Below, one piece after another: positions 13,839 through 27,560 of a stretch of 64,000 bases of DNA (the stretch's first letter is position 1; the number at the start of each line of letters is the position of its first letter). A program made the translations under genes and the position numbers. The notes below the pieces were generated by a model. It ran no database searches. It was not told the origin of the DNA and worked only from the letters and a program-made list of their open reading frames with translations. Origin of the DNA: Octopus vulgaris. Its lineage: Eukaryota. The stretch is taken from positions 64,294,001 to 64,358,000 of the forward strand of contig OX597828.1 in the NCBI GenBank assembly GCA_951406725.2, written 5' to 3'.

Positions 13839-14454
13839 TGTCAACACACCTCTATGCTTCATTGCCACCACCTGATCTAATAAAGTTACGTGAGTGTGTG
13901 CATATCATTTATATGATTTGCACGCACACACACACTGTTATATCACTCCTTTTCAGTTTCTCTCTGTCTTTCTCTCTCTGTCTTTCTCTGTCTTTCTCTC
14001 ATTCTATATAAAAAAGACATTCGAAAGTAATTTTGTTATTATCAAACCGAAAATCGAAACAAAACATCGGAGGTCTGCTAAGCTATAAAATACATAAGCG
14101 TAACGATTGATTAAATTAAAATATAAATTCGCCAGCAACCACGCCCTTGTCCTACCTACACCCAACGTTAAGTTCTGACTCATGAATACAAACAAGAAAT
14201 AAAATTGAAATTAATGTTTCGCTAAGCATGTGTTCCTGACGTTACATGAAAACATAACCACTAGTCTGGAATAGTCTTGAATAGCAGTGAATAAAACTAC
14301 GACGAAGAGGAAGACGAAGACGACAACAACAACAACAATAACAGCAGCAGCAGCAGCAGCAGCAACTCTAACATTAATAAGAATAAGGGTTAGGACACTA
14401 ACACACATACATGCATACTCATACACACACACACATATGTGCTTGTATATATAC

Positions 14455-14485
<31 letters not shown>

Positions 14486-14489
14486 TATA

Positions 14490-14694
14490 CTCTTTTACTC
14501 TTTTACTTGTTTCAGTCATTTGACTGCGGCCATGCTGGAGCACCGCCTTTAGTCGAGCAAATCGACCCCGGGACTTATTCTTTGTAAACCTAGTACTTAT
14601 TCTACCGGTCTCTTTTGCCGAACCTCTAAGTTACGAGGACGTAAACACACCAGCATCGGTTGTCAGGCGATGTTGGGGGACAAACACAGACACA

Positions 14695-14762
<68 letters not shown>

Positions 14763-14896
14763 CGACGGGCTTCCTTCAGTTTCCGTCTACCAAATCAACT
14801 CACAAGGCTTTGGTCGATCCAAGGTTATAGTAGAAGACACTTGCCCAAGTGCGACTGAACCCGGAACCATGTGGTTCGTGCTACTTACCACACAGC

Positions 14897-14900
<4 letters not shown>
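14490..14900 (-). mobile_element. SINE family A
   Basis: tcttttacttgtttcagtcatttgactgcggccatgctggagcacc...cttaccacacagccact. Confidence 0.85.
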
Positions 14901-14977
<77 letters not shown>

Positions 14978-15031
14978 AATAATTTCTAAAAGAGATATAG
15001 ACAGTAACTGCTCGACAACATAAGCTAAGCC

Positions 15032-15157
15032 ATCTGAAATGTGGGACGGGCGGGTGGTGGGGTTACCCAGGCGAACATCGACCAGGCTCGACGGTGTCGA
15101 GCCTTCTGTGACGTCGATTGCTTCGACACCCCACACCCTGCCTGTCCTACCATATTC

Positions 15158-15161
<4 letters not shown>
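15032..15161 (+). other. GC-rich 130-nt rod-like hairpin between (TA)n tracts
   Basis: Outer stem gtgggacgggcgggtggtggggt / accccacaccctgcctgtcctac; inner stems atcgac/gtcgat and aggctcgac-ggt-gtcgagcct. Confidence 0.7.
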
Positions 15162-15199
<38 letters not shown>

Positions 15200-16758
15200 C
15201 ACACACATGCGAAGACAAGGATGACGACGATGTCAGTAGAAGTGGTAATGGTGGTGGTGGTGGTAGTGGTGTTGGTGGTGGTGTTGCTGCTGCTGGTGAC
15301 GATGGATGTAATTTCGAACTGTGATGAGAAACACAGATTAAGAAATAAATTCATAAAAGCAAGGAATGCCATCTTACGAACAATAATGTTTAATATCAAT
15401 AACATTGAACATGTTACCTGTGTTAACACAACTTTGATATGATACCTGTATTCCGACTGATGTATTATTTTAAATTATTTTAATTTAGTGAAACCTAACC
15501 CAAGGGAACTTGGCTCCGTGGAACCTTAATAATCTGGAAGAGATGCAATGCAGCCAATAGCTGTCGATGTGATAGCTGAAGGGTATCGAGTTGTCATCAC
15601 TTGAATGCTGCCCTATCCCTTTAGAGTCTGAAGAATTAAGGATCAAAACATTTACTTGATGGAGACTTTTTCTCTGAAGACCCTCTGCTCTTGAACTCTT
15701 CCTACAGTTCCTTACTCCCTGGTCGGATTTGATCTTAAGAGGCTGTAGGCTCTAACCATAAAAATGCACTATTACTGCTTTTGTTACTATATTTCAGGTG
15801 AAACGTAAGTAGTGTTTCAATTAATTTTGAAAATAATGAAGACTTTATTATAACTTCGTCATTATTAAGCTGGTGTTTGGAACACAAACTACGAGATATT
15901 TTGTTGGGAGGTTTAAATTAAGGTCAGTGAGTCACGGTCATAAACGCAAGGGTGGTATCGGGTGGGTTGGTGTCAAATTGATAAAACATTTACAAAGGAA
16001 AAGCTTGGTCATGTTGCTTTGAAGACAGCACTTGAATAAAAAGATTTATTGTATTGAGGCCGGAATTGTAGCGAAAATTAGTTCGACGAGATTTGAACTC
16101 AGGACCTAAAGGGAATTATCTAAATACCACAAGTCATTTAATGGTGTTTCTACCATGACAGGACGGTGGAAGGATAATATTTCACAGAGGTGCATTCGTC
16201 ACTTCTGCTCAAACTTTAAAGGAAAGCTTTCTCGAGGGCCATTTCTGTGTGTCAATTGCCACCTTATTTATAACCTCATCTCAGTTCTTATCTATCTTGA
16301 CGAATGCAAACTCAAAGCAACTTAACAGGATCAGCTGTCCAGTTGCCCCCTCCCCCGATGCTGTTTTTTTTAAAGATGGACGTGCCATCAAGTAGCGTTG
16401 GCACCTGTAAGGCCAATGACTACCTGGTTTCGTATTCCTTAACAATGCAGCCAAATAATAATTACTTCAAATAGAGTTGCTAGGAATAAAAAGTTAAAGG
16501 AGGGAACAATAACCAGCTTTATGCACCCTAGTATTTCACTGGTACTTTATTTTATCGACTCTGAAAGGATGAAAGGCAAAGTCGACTTCAGTGGGATTTG
16601 AAGCTCAAAACATAAATGATGATGATGATGATGATGATGATTATGATGAACATAATATTAAAAATACTAGTAGTAGTAGTAGTAGTAGTAGTACTAGTAG
16701 TAATGAAAATAATAATAATAATAATAATAATAACAATAACAATAATAATAATAATAAT

Positions 16759-16807
<49 letters not shown>

Positions 16808-17751
16808 TATTTTATTTGCCACAAGGTCAACGGCTGTCTGTTGAGAAATTATTACAAGGACATATCACAAAAAATAAAAAGAAAAGTGGTTGGCAAGAAT
16901 TAATGGAAGAAAACAACAACAAAAAGCAACAAAACAAGAGCAACAAATAATGAGAATAATGAGGAGCAAAGGTGGGAGGTTAAACAAGTTTCAGAATTTA
17001 AATATAAATGAATAAAAACGTGTGGAGTTTGAATTGGAAGGAAGGAAAAAGAAAATTTATTGAAAACAAAAATGAATAAATAAAAATAATAGCAAAAGAA
17101 AGAAAAGGCTTATTGGACCTTCCATGGTTAAAATAAGGATCTTCAATTGATGGGAGTAAAATAGGGACCAGCAAATGAATAAATAAATAAATGGTGTTAT
17201 AACACGTGCACTTGCGAGGTGCTAGTTCCGTTCTGTCTTCCGTTACCATTTCTGTGCAACGGTCATCAATGGGACGGACCCTCCCCCTTATTTGTTGTTG
17301 TTGTTGTTGTTGTTGTTGTTAATGTGAGGAGGGAGAAGAAATGGTGAGACAGTGGGAATGGGAAGAGGAGTCAGAGAAGGGAACAGTTTCTCTGCTTCGA
17401 TCTTTTCTTTATATATTCTTGGTTTAATGTCTCGCTCACTCTCTCCCTCCCTTCCTCTCTCCCTCATTCACTCTCTCTCTCACTCCCTTCCTCCCTCCCT
17501 CTCTCTCTCCCTCATTCACTCTCTCTCCTTCACACTCTCTCCCTCTTTCACTCTCTCTCCTTTTCTCTGTCTCTCCTCTCTCCCTCTCTCTCCCTCTCTC
17601 TCCTCTCTCTCTAAAACATATCAGCATCCATGGATACGCACGTCCTATAGAGATAGATACACACACAGAAATACATACATACACACACACATTTATATGA
17701 GCATTCATATATATTTGTGTATATATATGTATATATATGCATACACATCGA

Positions 17752-17797
<46 letters not shown>

Positions 17798-17800
<3 letters not shown>

Positions 17801-18200
17801 TCTTTTATTTGTTTCAGTCATTTGACTGCGGCCATGCTGGAGCACCGCCTTTATTCGAACAAATCAACCCCAGGACTTATTCTTTTTGTAAGTCTAGTAC
17901 TTATTATATCGGTGTCTTTTGCTGAACCGCTAAATTATGGGGACGTAAACACACCAACAATGGTTGTAAAGCGATGACAAACACAGACACACACACACAC
18001 ACAAACACACACATACACGCACACACACACACACACACACATATATGATAGGCTTCTTTCAGTTTCCGTCTACCAAATCCACTCACAAGGCTTTGGTCGA
18101 CCCGAAGCTATAGTAGGAGACACTTGCCCAAAGTGGGACTGAACCCGGAGCTATGTGGTTGGTAAGCAAGCTATTTGCCGTACAGCCGTTTCTGCGCGAA
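17798..18200 (-). mobile_element. SINE family A
   Basis: Same head, core and tail as the other family A copies. Confidence 0.85.
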
Positions 18201-18284
18201 AAGATGATGAACAAATTTAATCGATTTTCGAAGCTTATTGGGTTCTCATGAGAGGCGTCCTCATCATTTTGACAGTCTCTCTCT

Positions 18285-18379
<95 letters not shown>

Positions 18380-18584
18380 ATACACAAACGTACATTCATA
18401 TACATGCATACACATATATAGATACACACATACAATCATGCACACACGTATTCACAGTTACATATGCAAACTTTTTTTGCCTAATCACTTCTACTTTTTT
18501 CTTTCTTATCAACTTTATCGCCTTCGTCAACATTTTATCATCATCAATATATTATTGCAATTATTATTATTATTATTATTATTA

Positions 18585-18958
18585 TTCTATGTTTGACTTT
18601 TGCTTTATATTTGTACAAGTTGGCTCCATGTCTCACCCAGAGACCTCAAGAGACAACGGGGTTGGAAGTTCATGTTGTTGTTACGCCTAGTGTTTCTGCC
18701 ATCTTTGGGTTTCCTGGTATCTGAGTTAGGTAGCTATCAGCCCCTTTTGCTATCATTTCCAGGGCACCTATGACAACAGGTATTGTTTTAGTCTTCAGGT
18801 TCCACATTTTGCTGATTTCTATTTCAAGATCTATATATTTGCTCAGTTTTGGTAGGTCTTGACAGATACGTTTATATCGATTGGGACAGTCATATCAATG
18901 AGGAGGCATGTTCTTTGTTTGAAGTCTTTCAATATGATGTCTGGCCTATTTGGCTATC

Positions 18959-18960
<2 letters not shown>
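18585..18960 (-). mobile_element. Internally deleted 3' fragment of the 7396-8670 Dong-like family
   Basis: Shares tatgtttgacttttgcttt...ctcacccagagacctcaagagacaac and the RLE-coding stretch with 7405-7890. Confidence 0.8.
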
Positions 18961-19046
<86 letters not shown>

Positions 19047-19186
19047 GTTATTATTATTATTGTTATTATTATTATTGTTATTATTATTATCATCATTATT
19101 ATCATCATTATAATAATAATAATAATAATAATGTTCTTTGTTTGAAGTCTTTCAATATGATGTCTGGCCTATTTGCATCTATTATT

Positions 19187-19280
<94 letters not shown>

Positions 19281-19285
<5 letters not shown>

Positions 19286-19903
19286 TAGTTTTATTTTTAT
19301 AGCGTGCTTTCACTTCACTACCGAGCGCAGCTCTGTGTGCCTTAGGTATGTGATGCGATTTGTTGTGATGCTCTGATGGTTATTGTATGGAAAGTGTTCT
19401 GCGTAGGATGTGTGCAGTGCCTAGTAGTGCAATTTTCTGTGTGTTATATGTGTTTGTAAGTCCTGGTGTTTTTGTTATGTATTTGTCTGAATATATTTTT
19501 ATCATGCCTAATGCACCTACTATGATAGGAATTGTTTCTGTTTTTAGATTCCACATTCTGGTTACCTCTATTTGCAGGTCTTTGTATTTTGAAAGTTTCT
19601 CCATTTCTTTTAGAGACACGTTGTCATCTGCCGGTATTGATACATCAATTAGAAAGCATTTTTTTCTTCATGATCTCTGACAACTATATCTGGTCTGTTG
19701 GCCTTAATTTCTCTATCTGTGTGTATCGGCATATCCCAGAGTATGGTTGCTTTCTCGTTTTCTGTGACCTTTTCTGGTGTGTGCCTATACCATCTTTTTT
19801 CTGTTGTTATTCCATAATGTTGGCATAGCTTCCAATGTATGTAGGTTCCAACTCTGTCATGTCTGTGAATATATTCCTTCTTAGCCAGGACTGGGCAGCT
19901 AGA
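19281..19903 (-). mobile_element. R4/Dong-like LINE 3' fragment (third family)
   Basis: KEMEKLSKYKDLQIEVTRMWNLKTETIPIIVGALG...QKIALLGTAHILRRTL; flanked by (TAA)n. Confidence 0.9.
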
Positions 19904-20046
19904 TGCCTATACCATCTTTTTTATTTTTTTTTATTATTATTATTATTATTGCTATTACTATTATTGTCGCTTTTATTATTATTGTTATTATTATTGTTAT
20001 TGTTATTATTATTGTTGTTGTTGTTGTTGTTGTTGTTGTTCTTCTT

Positions 20047-20118
<72 letters not shown>

Positions 20119-20655
20119 GAGTGAGAGAGCAGTGCATGGGGTAAAATATACGAAGCCCAGTATACCAATCATGACTACCCGCCTGATAAGTGTACACTAG
20201 GCACATGCATCACAACCATATGTACGCGACAGGGTGATCTCATATCAAGATAAACAGCACATGACCTTGCAGGTGGGGCCCAGTTAGAATTTTCTTCTGG
20301 TCGAGTAGCCCATCCCGCTCAAAAGGTCCCTGATTAATGGTTGTTTAAGGATGTTGAATGAAACACCCATGTTTCCAAAGGTGAATTATTCAAACCCCAA
20401 AGAATATTTTTCAACACACATCTATGATGCTCCCCCACTACTTCTGCTCGTGATCAGAGATTCATATATCGTCAGCCACTAAGAGACATGCTCAACTGGT
20501 TAAGGTCAAACAACTGACAAACAAATCTGTGGTATTGAGCAGAATATTTGCTGTAGCCCATCTTTTATATCAAGACAAAACAATATACATGATGACACTT
20601 CCAATCAGTTAAGATCAGAAGCCATGAGAGCCACTGCCTGGTACCGCATCAGGGC

Positions 20656-20657
<2 letters not shown>
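20119..20657. mobile_element. ~540-bp non-coding interspersed element embedded in (TAA)n, unclassified
   Basis: Complex sequence with sharp boundaries against TAA tracts on both sides; no ORF and no tRNA boxes recognised. Confidence 0.45.
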
Positions 20658-20749
<92 letters not shown>

Positions 20750-20831
20750 GTTATTATTATTATTGTTATTATTATTTTAATTTTTTTAATTATTATTATT
20801 GTTATTATTATTATCGTTATTGTTATTTTAA

Positions 20832-20913
<82 letters not shown>

Positions 20914-21070
20914 CATCATTATTATTAGTATTATCATTATTATTATCATCCTCATCCTCATTATTATTATTATTATTATTATTCAGTAGTTTTATTTTTG
21001 AATAATAATAATAATAATGATAATAAGGATGAGGATGATAATAATAATGATAATACTAATAATAATGATG

Positions 21071-21168
<98 letters not shown>

Positions 21169-21257
21169 TAAAATAATAATAACGATAATAATAATAACAA
21201 TAATAATAATTTTAAAAATTAATAATAATAATAATAATAATAATTATTATTATTACA

Positions 21258-21322
<65 letters not shown>

Positions 21323-21356
21323 CATTATTATTTATTACTATTATCATTATTATTAC

Positions 21357-21390
<34 letters not shown>

Positions 21391-21624
21391 TATTATTGTA
21401 TTTATTATTATCTATTGTTGTTATTATTATTATTATTTATTATTTGAATTATTATTATTATTATTATTATTATTGCTGTTATTATTATTATTATTTTTAT
21501 TATTATCCTCATTATTATTATTATTATTATTTATTGTTATTGTTATTATTGTTATTATTATTATTTATTAGTTGTATTATTTTTATTATTATTTATTATT
21601 ATCATTATTTATAATTATTATTAT

Positions 21625-22562
21625 TCAGTAGTTTTATTTTTATAGCGTGCTTGCACTTCAGTACCGAGCGCAGCTCTGTGTGCCTTGGGTATGTGCTGTG
21701 ATTTGTTGTGATGCTCTGATGGTTATTGTATGGAAAGTGTTCTGCGTAGGATGTGTACAGTGCCTAGTAGTGCAATTTTCTGTATGTTATATGTGTTTGT
21801 AAGTCCTGGTGTTTTTGTTATGTATTTGTCTGAATATTTTTTATCATGCCTAATGCACCTACTATGATAGGAATTGTTTCTGTTTTTAGATTCCACATTC
21901 TGATTACCTCTATTTGTAGGTCTTTGTATTTTGAGAGTTTCTCCATTTCTTTTAGAGACACGTTGTCATCTGCCGGTATTGATACATCAATTAGAAAGCA
22001 TTTTTTTCTTCATGATCTCTGACAACCATATCTGGTCTGTTGGCCTTAATTTCTCTATCTGTGTGTATCGGCATATCCCAGAGTATGGTTGCTTTCTCGT
22101 TTTCTGTGACCTTTTCTGGTGTGTGCCTATGCCATCTTTTTTCTGTTGTTATTCCATAATGTTGGCATAGCTTCCAATGTATGTAGGTTCCAACTCTGTC
22201 ATGTCTGTGAATATATTCCTTCTTAGCCAGGACTGGGCAGCTAGAGATAATATGATTTATTGTTTCTTGTCCATCTCCACATATTCTGCAGTTACTTGTT
22301 ATATTTCTTTTCATTACATGTTTTTGGTAATTTCTGGTGGGGAGGCTTTGGTCTTGTGCCGCAATTAAAAATCCCTCTGTTTCTGCTTTGAGTCCAGAGC
22401 TTCTCAACCATTGCTGGGATTTTTCTTTGTCTATTTCTTTTGCGTTTAGCTTAGTCCAGTATTTACCATGAAGGGGCTTTTCTTGCCATCGTTTTATCAT
22501 GGTTCGTTGCTGTTCTATTTTTAGTTTGGATTTCATTTGTTTTATAGCTTTTGTTGTTACTT
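21625..22562 (-). mobile_element. R4/Dong-like LINE 3' fragment, longer copy of 19281-19903
   Basis: ORF 21991-22536: WQEKPLHGKY...LKAETEGFLIAAQDQSL...CRICGDGQETINHIISSC...RHD...ILWD...NRPD. Confidence 0.9.
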
Positions 22563-22622
22563 CATCTTCTTATTATCATTATTATTATTGTTATTATTAT
22601 TATTATTATCATTATTATTATT

Positions 22623-22787
<165 letters not shown>

Positions 22788-23105
22788 TACTATTGTTATT
22801 ATTATTATTTATTATTGTATTTATTACTATTGTTATTACTACATTAGTGGATGCTGATTGAATTTGCAGTGATATTATTTATGTGTTTTGTGTCAACAAG
22901 TCTCCTCAAATGTCGAGATGTCTTTGTTAAGATTCTTGCAGAATATGGGATGCTACATGGATGCAGGTTGACAACGCAAGTCTCGATTCCAGTCTCTTTC
23001 AGTTCTTAAGGTTTCAACACCATCACCATCATCGTCGTCGTCTTCCTCCCCTCCTGCTCCTGCCCCCTCCTCCTCCTGCCCCGTCGTTTTCCTGCCCCTC
23101 CTCTT

Positions 23106-23136
<31 letters not shown>

Positions 23137-23209
23137 ATCATCATCCTTTTGAGTTTTTGTCTTTCTTCGGCTTAACCCGTTAACATCTTTAATATCCAAT
23201 TAATAAAGG

Positions 23210-23410
23210 GTGACAAGCTAGTGGAATTGTTACCGTTCCGGATAAAATGCTTAGTAGCATTTTTCCCGACTTTACGTTCTGAGTTGAAATTTTGCTAGGT
23301 TCGACTTTGCGTTCATCAATCGGAGTGGATAAAATAAGTACCAATTGAGTACAGGAGTCGAATTAGTCCCCCTCCCGACATTGCTGGCTTTGTGCCAAAA
23401 TTTGAAACCA
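23210..23410 (+). mobile_element. tRNA-derived SINE family B (Meta/MESC-like core), diverged
   Basis: ttacgttctgagttgaaat...tcgactttgcgttcatc...gataaaataagtacca. Confidence 0.7.
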
Positions 23411-23619
23411 ACATTCATTTAATATCTCGAAATCAATCGCCAACCGACGTCCCCAAACTCACTGACTGAGACAACCAAACGATGAAGTCTGCCGCTCAAC
23501 CGTACCTCCTCACTGAAACAACTCACACCATTATATCTTGTCCTTGGCCATCTCTACAGCAACTCCAACATCAAATGCCACCACAACCACTACCACCAAA
23601 ACTAACATCACCACCACCA

Positions 23620-23880
23620 TGACCTTCCGGAGTTTAATCCGGTTTCCTTGGCGTATAAGCAAATGAGATAACGACACTCGCTATCCCTTGATGGGACGCT
23701 GGTCGTTCGCAGGGTTAACTACCCAACTGTCTCTGGAACTCATTTACAGCTGAGTGGACTGTTGCCAAGAAGAAATGAAGTGTTTTGCTCAAGAACACAA
23801 CACCACCCGGTCAGGAATTCGAAACCCTGGTCTTGCAATCGCGAGTGTTATATTCTGGCCACTAAGCCACGTGGTTTCAC
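23620..23880 (-). mobile_element. SINE family D (CORE + V-like domains), diverged
   Basis: Homologous to 34456-34703 (ttttgctcaagaacacaac, gggacgc, ccactaagccacg). Confidence 0.7.
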
Positions 23881-24733
23881 GAAATATTGTAAGAAAAGAC
23901 CCAAAGGAAGTACTTCTATTTCTAACGATAATAGACTTAATCAGTCGCCCTGTTTAATACCACGAGCTGACTTTTGGATTGGCCAGAAGCCTGTCCTTAT
24001 TGCAGACATTTACGGACGATTTATGATCGGAGGATGACTTCTGTCCTTCCTTCCACTCACCAGTCGCAGGGGAGCTACAAAAGGGTCACGGGTGCTGTGT
24101 ATCTCTGCTTCTCTGACTAAATCAAAGAAAGAAAAATAAAAGTATTTAAAAAATCTATAGAAAAACAACAAATAGAACAAAATAATTTTGAAAGGAAAAA
24201 TAATAAAAAAAGAAAAATGATAACAAAAAATAACAAAAACAGAAAATGGACAAAAAACAGAAAATAGGCAAAATGTACCCAACAACTGCAACAATAACAG
24301 CAATGACGACATTGAGAAGAAGAAGAAGAAGAAGAAGAAGAAGAAGAAGAAGAAGAAGAAGAAGAAGAAGAAGAAGAAGAAGAATAGAAGAAGAAGAAGA
24401 AGAAGAAGAAGAAGAAGAAGAAGAAGAAGAAGAAGAACAACAACAACAACAACAATAACAACAACAATAACAACTACAACAAAACAACACTTCAACCAAC
24501 TGCAACACCCTACCCCCACTGCCACCAGGTCTCCACCCCTACCGTTCAATAAACATGTTACAAAGGACCAATCTCCCTCCGCCACGTAAGGGTGTGGCCG
24601 TGGTATAAACAACATAGTGTCAAGTGGAGTGGTTTATAGTTCAATTCACAGGTGGGGACGGAGGAATTAGTGCGGCTGTATATACTCTATCTCTGTGTAT
24701 ATATATGTGTGTACGCATGCATATGTACGTATG

Positions 24734-24808
<75 letters not shown>

Positions 24809-24935
24809 ATATGTATATATATGTATGTATATATATATATATATATATATACATATACCGGAGTAAACACATAAATGTGAAACAAGGTAAAAAAAAAAAG
24901 AGTACTCAAATACCAGGGGTAATATTACTTTATTA

Positions 24936-25078
24936 CAGAAATTCAACAAAACCTGTAACTCGGAGTTTCACGTTCCCGTTCGCCGGACAGTTTTGTTAAA
25001 ATTCTAACAAAATTTTAACAAAACTGTCCGACGAACGGGAACGTGAAACTCCGATTAACAGGTTTTGTTGAATTTCTG
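24936..25078. ncRNA. Palindrome made of two divergent hammerhead-like motifs (24953-24990 minus; 25024-25061 plus), U4C variant
   Basis: Plus copy: ctgt-CCGACGA-acg ggaa cgt-GAAAC-tccga-TTA-acag. Minus copy: ctgt-CCGGCGA-acg ggaa cgt-GAAAC-tccga-GTT-acag. Confidence 0.55.
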
Positions 25079-25093
25079 CTGCTTTAAATAAAG

Positions 25094-25169
<76 letters not shown>

Positions 25170-25687
25170 TATATATATTATATATATATATTAGTGTGAA
25201 GCACTGTGTAGAATGTAGTGTATAAAGGATTATGGGTAAGGCCAAAACAGTGCGAAGTAAATGAAAGGTAAGTTACAAGAAAACAAATATGCGAATTAAG
25301 GTAGACTTACCTTACATTCAATAATTCGAGGTTACGACCCTATTTTCAAAAAAATGACGAATGTTGCCGATGTGTATGTGTGTGAGCGTATGTGGAGTGG
25401 ACATGCGCAGAAGGGTGTTGCTATAGCAGCCAGCTAGCTTCCTGTAACTCTCTTCTATTGTTGATCTTAGGTTTCTTTTGGTGTATGAGGATGGCCTCAG
25501 AGGTTCTAAGGTTGCCTCAGTTTCGCTGTGTTGCCTTGACATACACTGTGAATTTCCGGATCTGGCATTTCCGTAGATGCTTCTTCAGAGAAGTGTCTGC
25601 CTGCATGCTTTCCTTAATGTGTATATGCAGTTTTCTTGTGCTTCTGAAACCTAATATCTCAAGATTGGTATATAGGCAGTGTGTTAC

Positions 25688-25689
<2 letters not shown>

Positions 25690-25718
<29 letters not shown>

Positions 25719-26140
25719 TGTATGTATGTATGTATGTATGTATGTATGTATGTATGTATGTATGTATGTGTGTGTATATATATATATATATATATGCAGA
25801 TTTGTATGTTTTGTTTTTCACGTGTCTTCTCATGCATATAGTTGCATATCTAGATGTGCTCATATATACTTAAATGATAAACTTCTGGAAGGTTTTACAG
25901 ATTCTTACAGTTCCAGTGATGGATTGGATCCATAGTCTTTGAATCAGCTTTCTCCTTTCTGGTTCCAAGAAGCCTAATTTCTCAAGATTGGTATATAGGC
26001 AGTATGTTACATATCCCAGGGCCCCAATAATTATAGGTATCAACCTGTACTTATAATCTGAGGAGAGGAACAATAGATTTCTCAATAGTTCAGCGTATTC
26101 TCTGATCTGCTATATGTTAGCATCCATTGGGTACCTTATT
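25690..26140 (-). mobile_element. 3' end of RLE-type LINE, same family as 1-352
   Basis: YKYRLIPIIIGALGYV...IQSITGTVRICKTFQKFII*, followed by UTR and (CATA)n. Confidence 0.8.
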
Positions 26141-26553
26141 TCCAACCTAATATATATATATATATATATATATTATTACATTATATATTTTACTAAGCCC
26201 TTTTATATAATGTAATAATTTGAATTCGCCTTAAATGGTCCCTTTGCATACTGAACACTTGGTGAAATTGATTAATATTAATTAATTTTACCCTATATTA
26301 TATATATATATATATAAAACTACATATACATACATATATATAATATATATATGTGTGTGTGGGGTGGGTGGGTGTATGTATGCATATGAAACTATGCATA
26401 CATATATAGACATAACAACCCCAAAGATACCAAAGACTCTGTAAGCAAGTCTAAGTCTACAAGAACTGAATTTTAAAAGACAATTAGAACCACAAGAACA
26501 CGAAATACAAAAGGTTAACAGTCAAGGGCACAAGCGAATAAACGAACACATCA

Positions 26554-26588
<35 letters not shown>

Positions 26589-26929
26589 TTCTCTTTCTCT
26601 TTCTCTCTCTCTCCCCCCTCTCTCTCTCTCTACGTACGCACAATCCCAGAGACACACTGTCTCCTTCTCAGTCTCCCCACCCTCAAAAATATATTAAACT
26701 GGGCGCCGACACACGTGTTTGAGATTAAATATATAGAGTTACAGCCATGGTTCTCATAAATGTCTGAGTCACCAAATTGTGAAATTTAACCGCAGGGTTA
26801 CTATTAAACTTGACAGAAGATAAAGTCGATCAATTTTGGCTTTCCTTAAACTTTGTAAAATTTCGATTGCTTTCTTCTAGCAGCTGGGACAATGCAGTTC
26901 TACAAGAAATGGAAAATATATGGTGAATC

Positions 26930-27135
26930 AGGCAAGTTGGCAGAATCATTAGAACGCCGGACAAAATGCTTAGCAGGTTTTCATACGGCTTTACGCTTTC
27001 AGTTCGAATTCCGTCGAGGTCGACTTCGTTTTCATCTTTTAGGGTCGATAAAATAAGTACCAGCTGGACACTGGGGTCGACGTAATCGACTGGTCCTTCC
27101 CCCTCCCCAAATCCTAGGTCTTGTGCCTATAGCAG
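26930..27135 (+). mobile_element. SINE family B
   Basis: ggcaagttggcagaatcattagaacgccgg...gaggtcgacttcgttttcatc...ggtcgataaaataagtaccag. Confidence 0.8.
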
Positions 27136-27146
27136 ATTGTATATTA

Positions 27147-27560
27147 TTTCTTTATTTCCCACGGGGAGCTAAACATAGAGGGGACAAACAAGGACAGACA
27201 AAGGGATGAAGTCGATTATATCGACCCCAGTGCGTAACTGGTATATATTTAATCGACCCCGAAAGGATGAAAGGCAAAATCGGCCTCAGCGGAATTTGAA
27301 CTCAGAATGTAGCGGCAGACGAAATACCTATTTCTTTACTGCCCACAAGGGGCTAAACACAGAGGGGACAAACAAGGACAGACAAACGGATTAAGTCGAT
27401 TACATCGCCCCCAGTGTGTAACTGGTACTTAATTTATCGACCTCGAAAGGATGAAAGGCAAAGTCGACCTCGGCGTAATTTGAACTCAGAATGTAACGGC
27501 AGACGAAATACCGCTAAGCAATTCGTCCAGTGTGCTAACGATTCTGCCTGCTCGCCGCCC
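27147..27560 (-). mobile_element. SINE family B, dimeric (head + two body units)
   Basis: Two tandem ~180-bp units joined at gacgaaatacc|tatttctt (~27328). Confidence 0.85.

Noticed and set aside
25480-25550. Possible minus-strand hammerhead (tgtat...gc aacaca gc GAAAC...ctc atacac)
   Set aside because: There is no CUGANGA-like core, so it cannot be supported.
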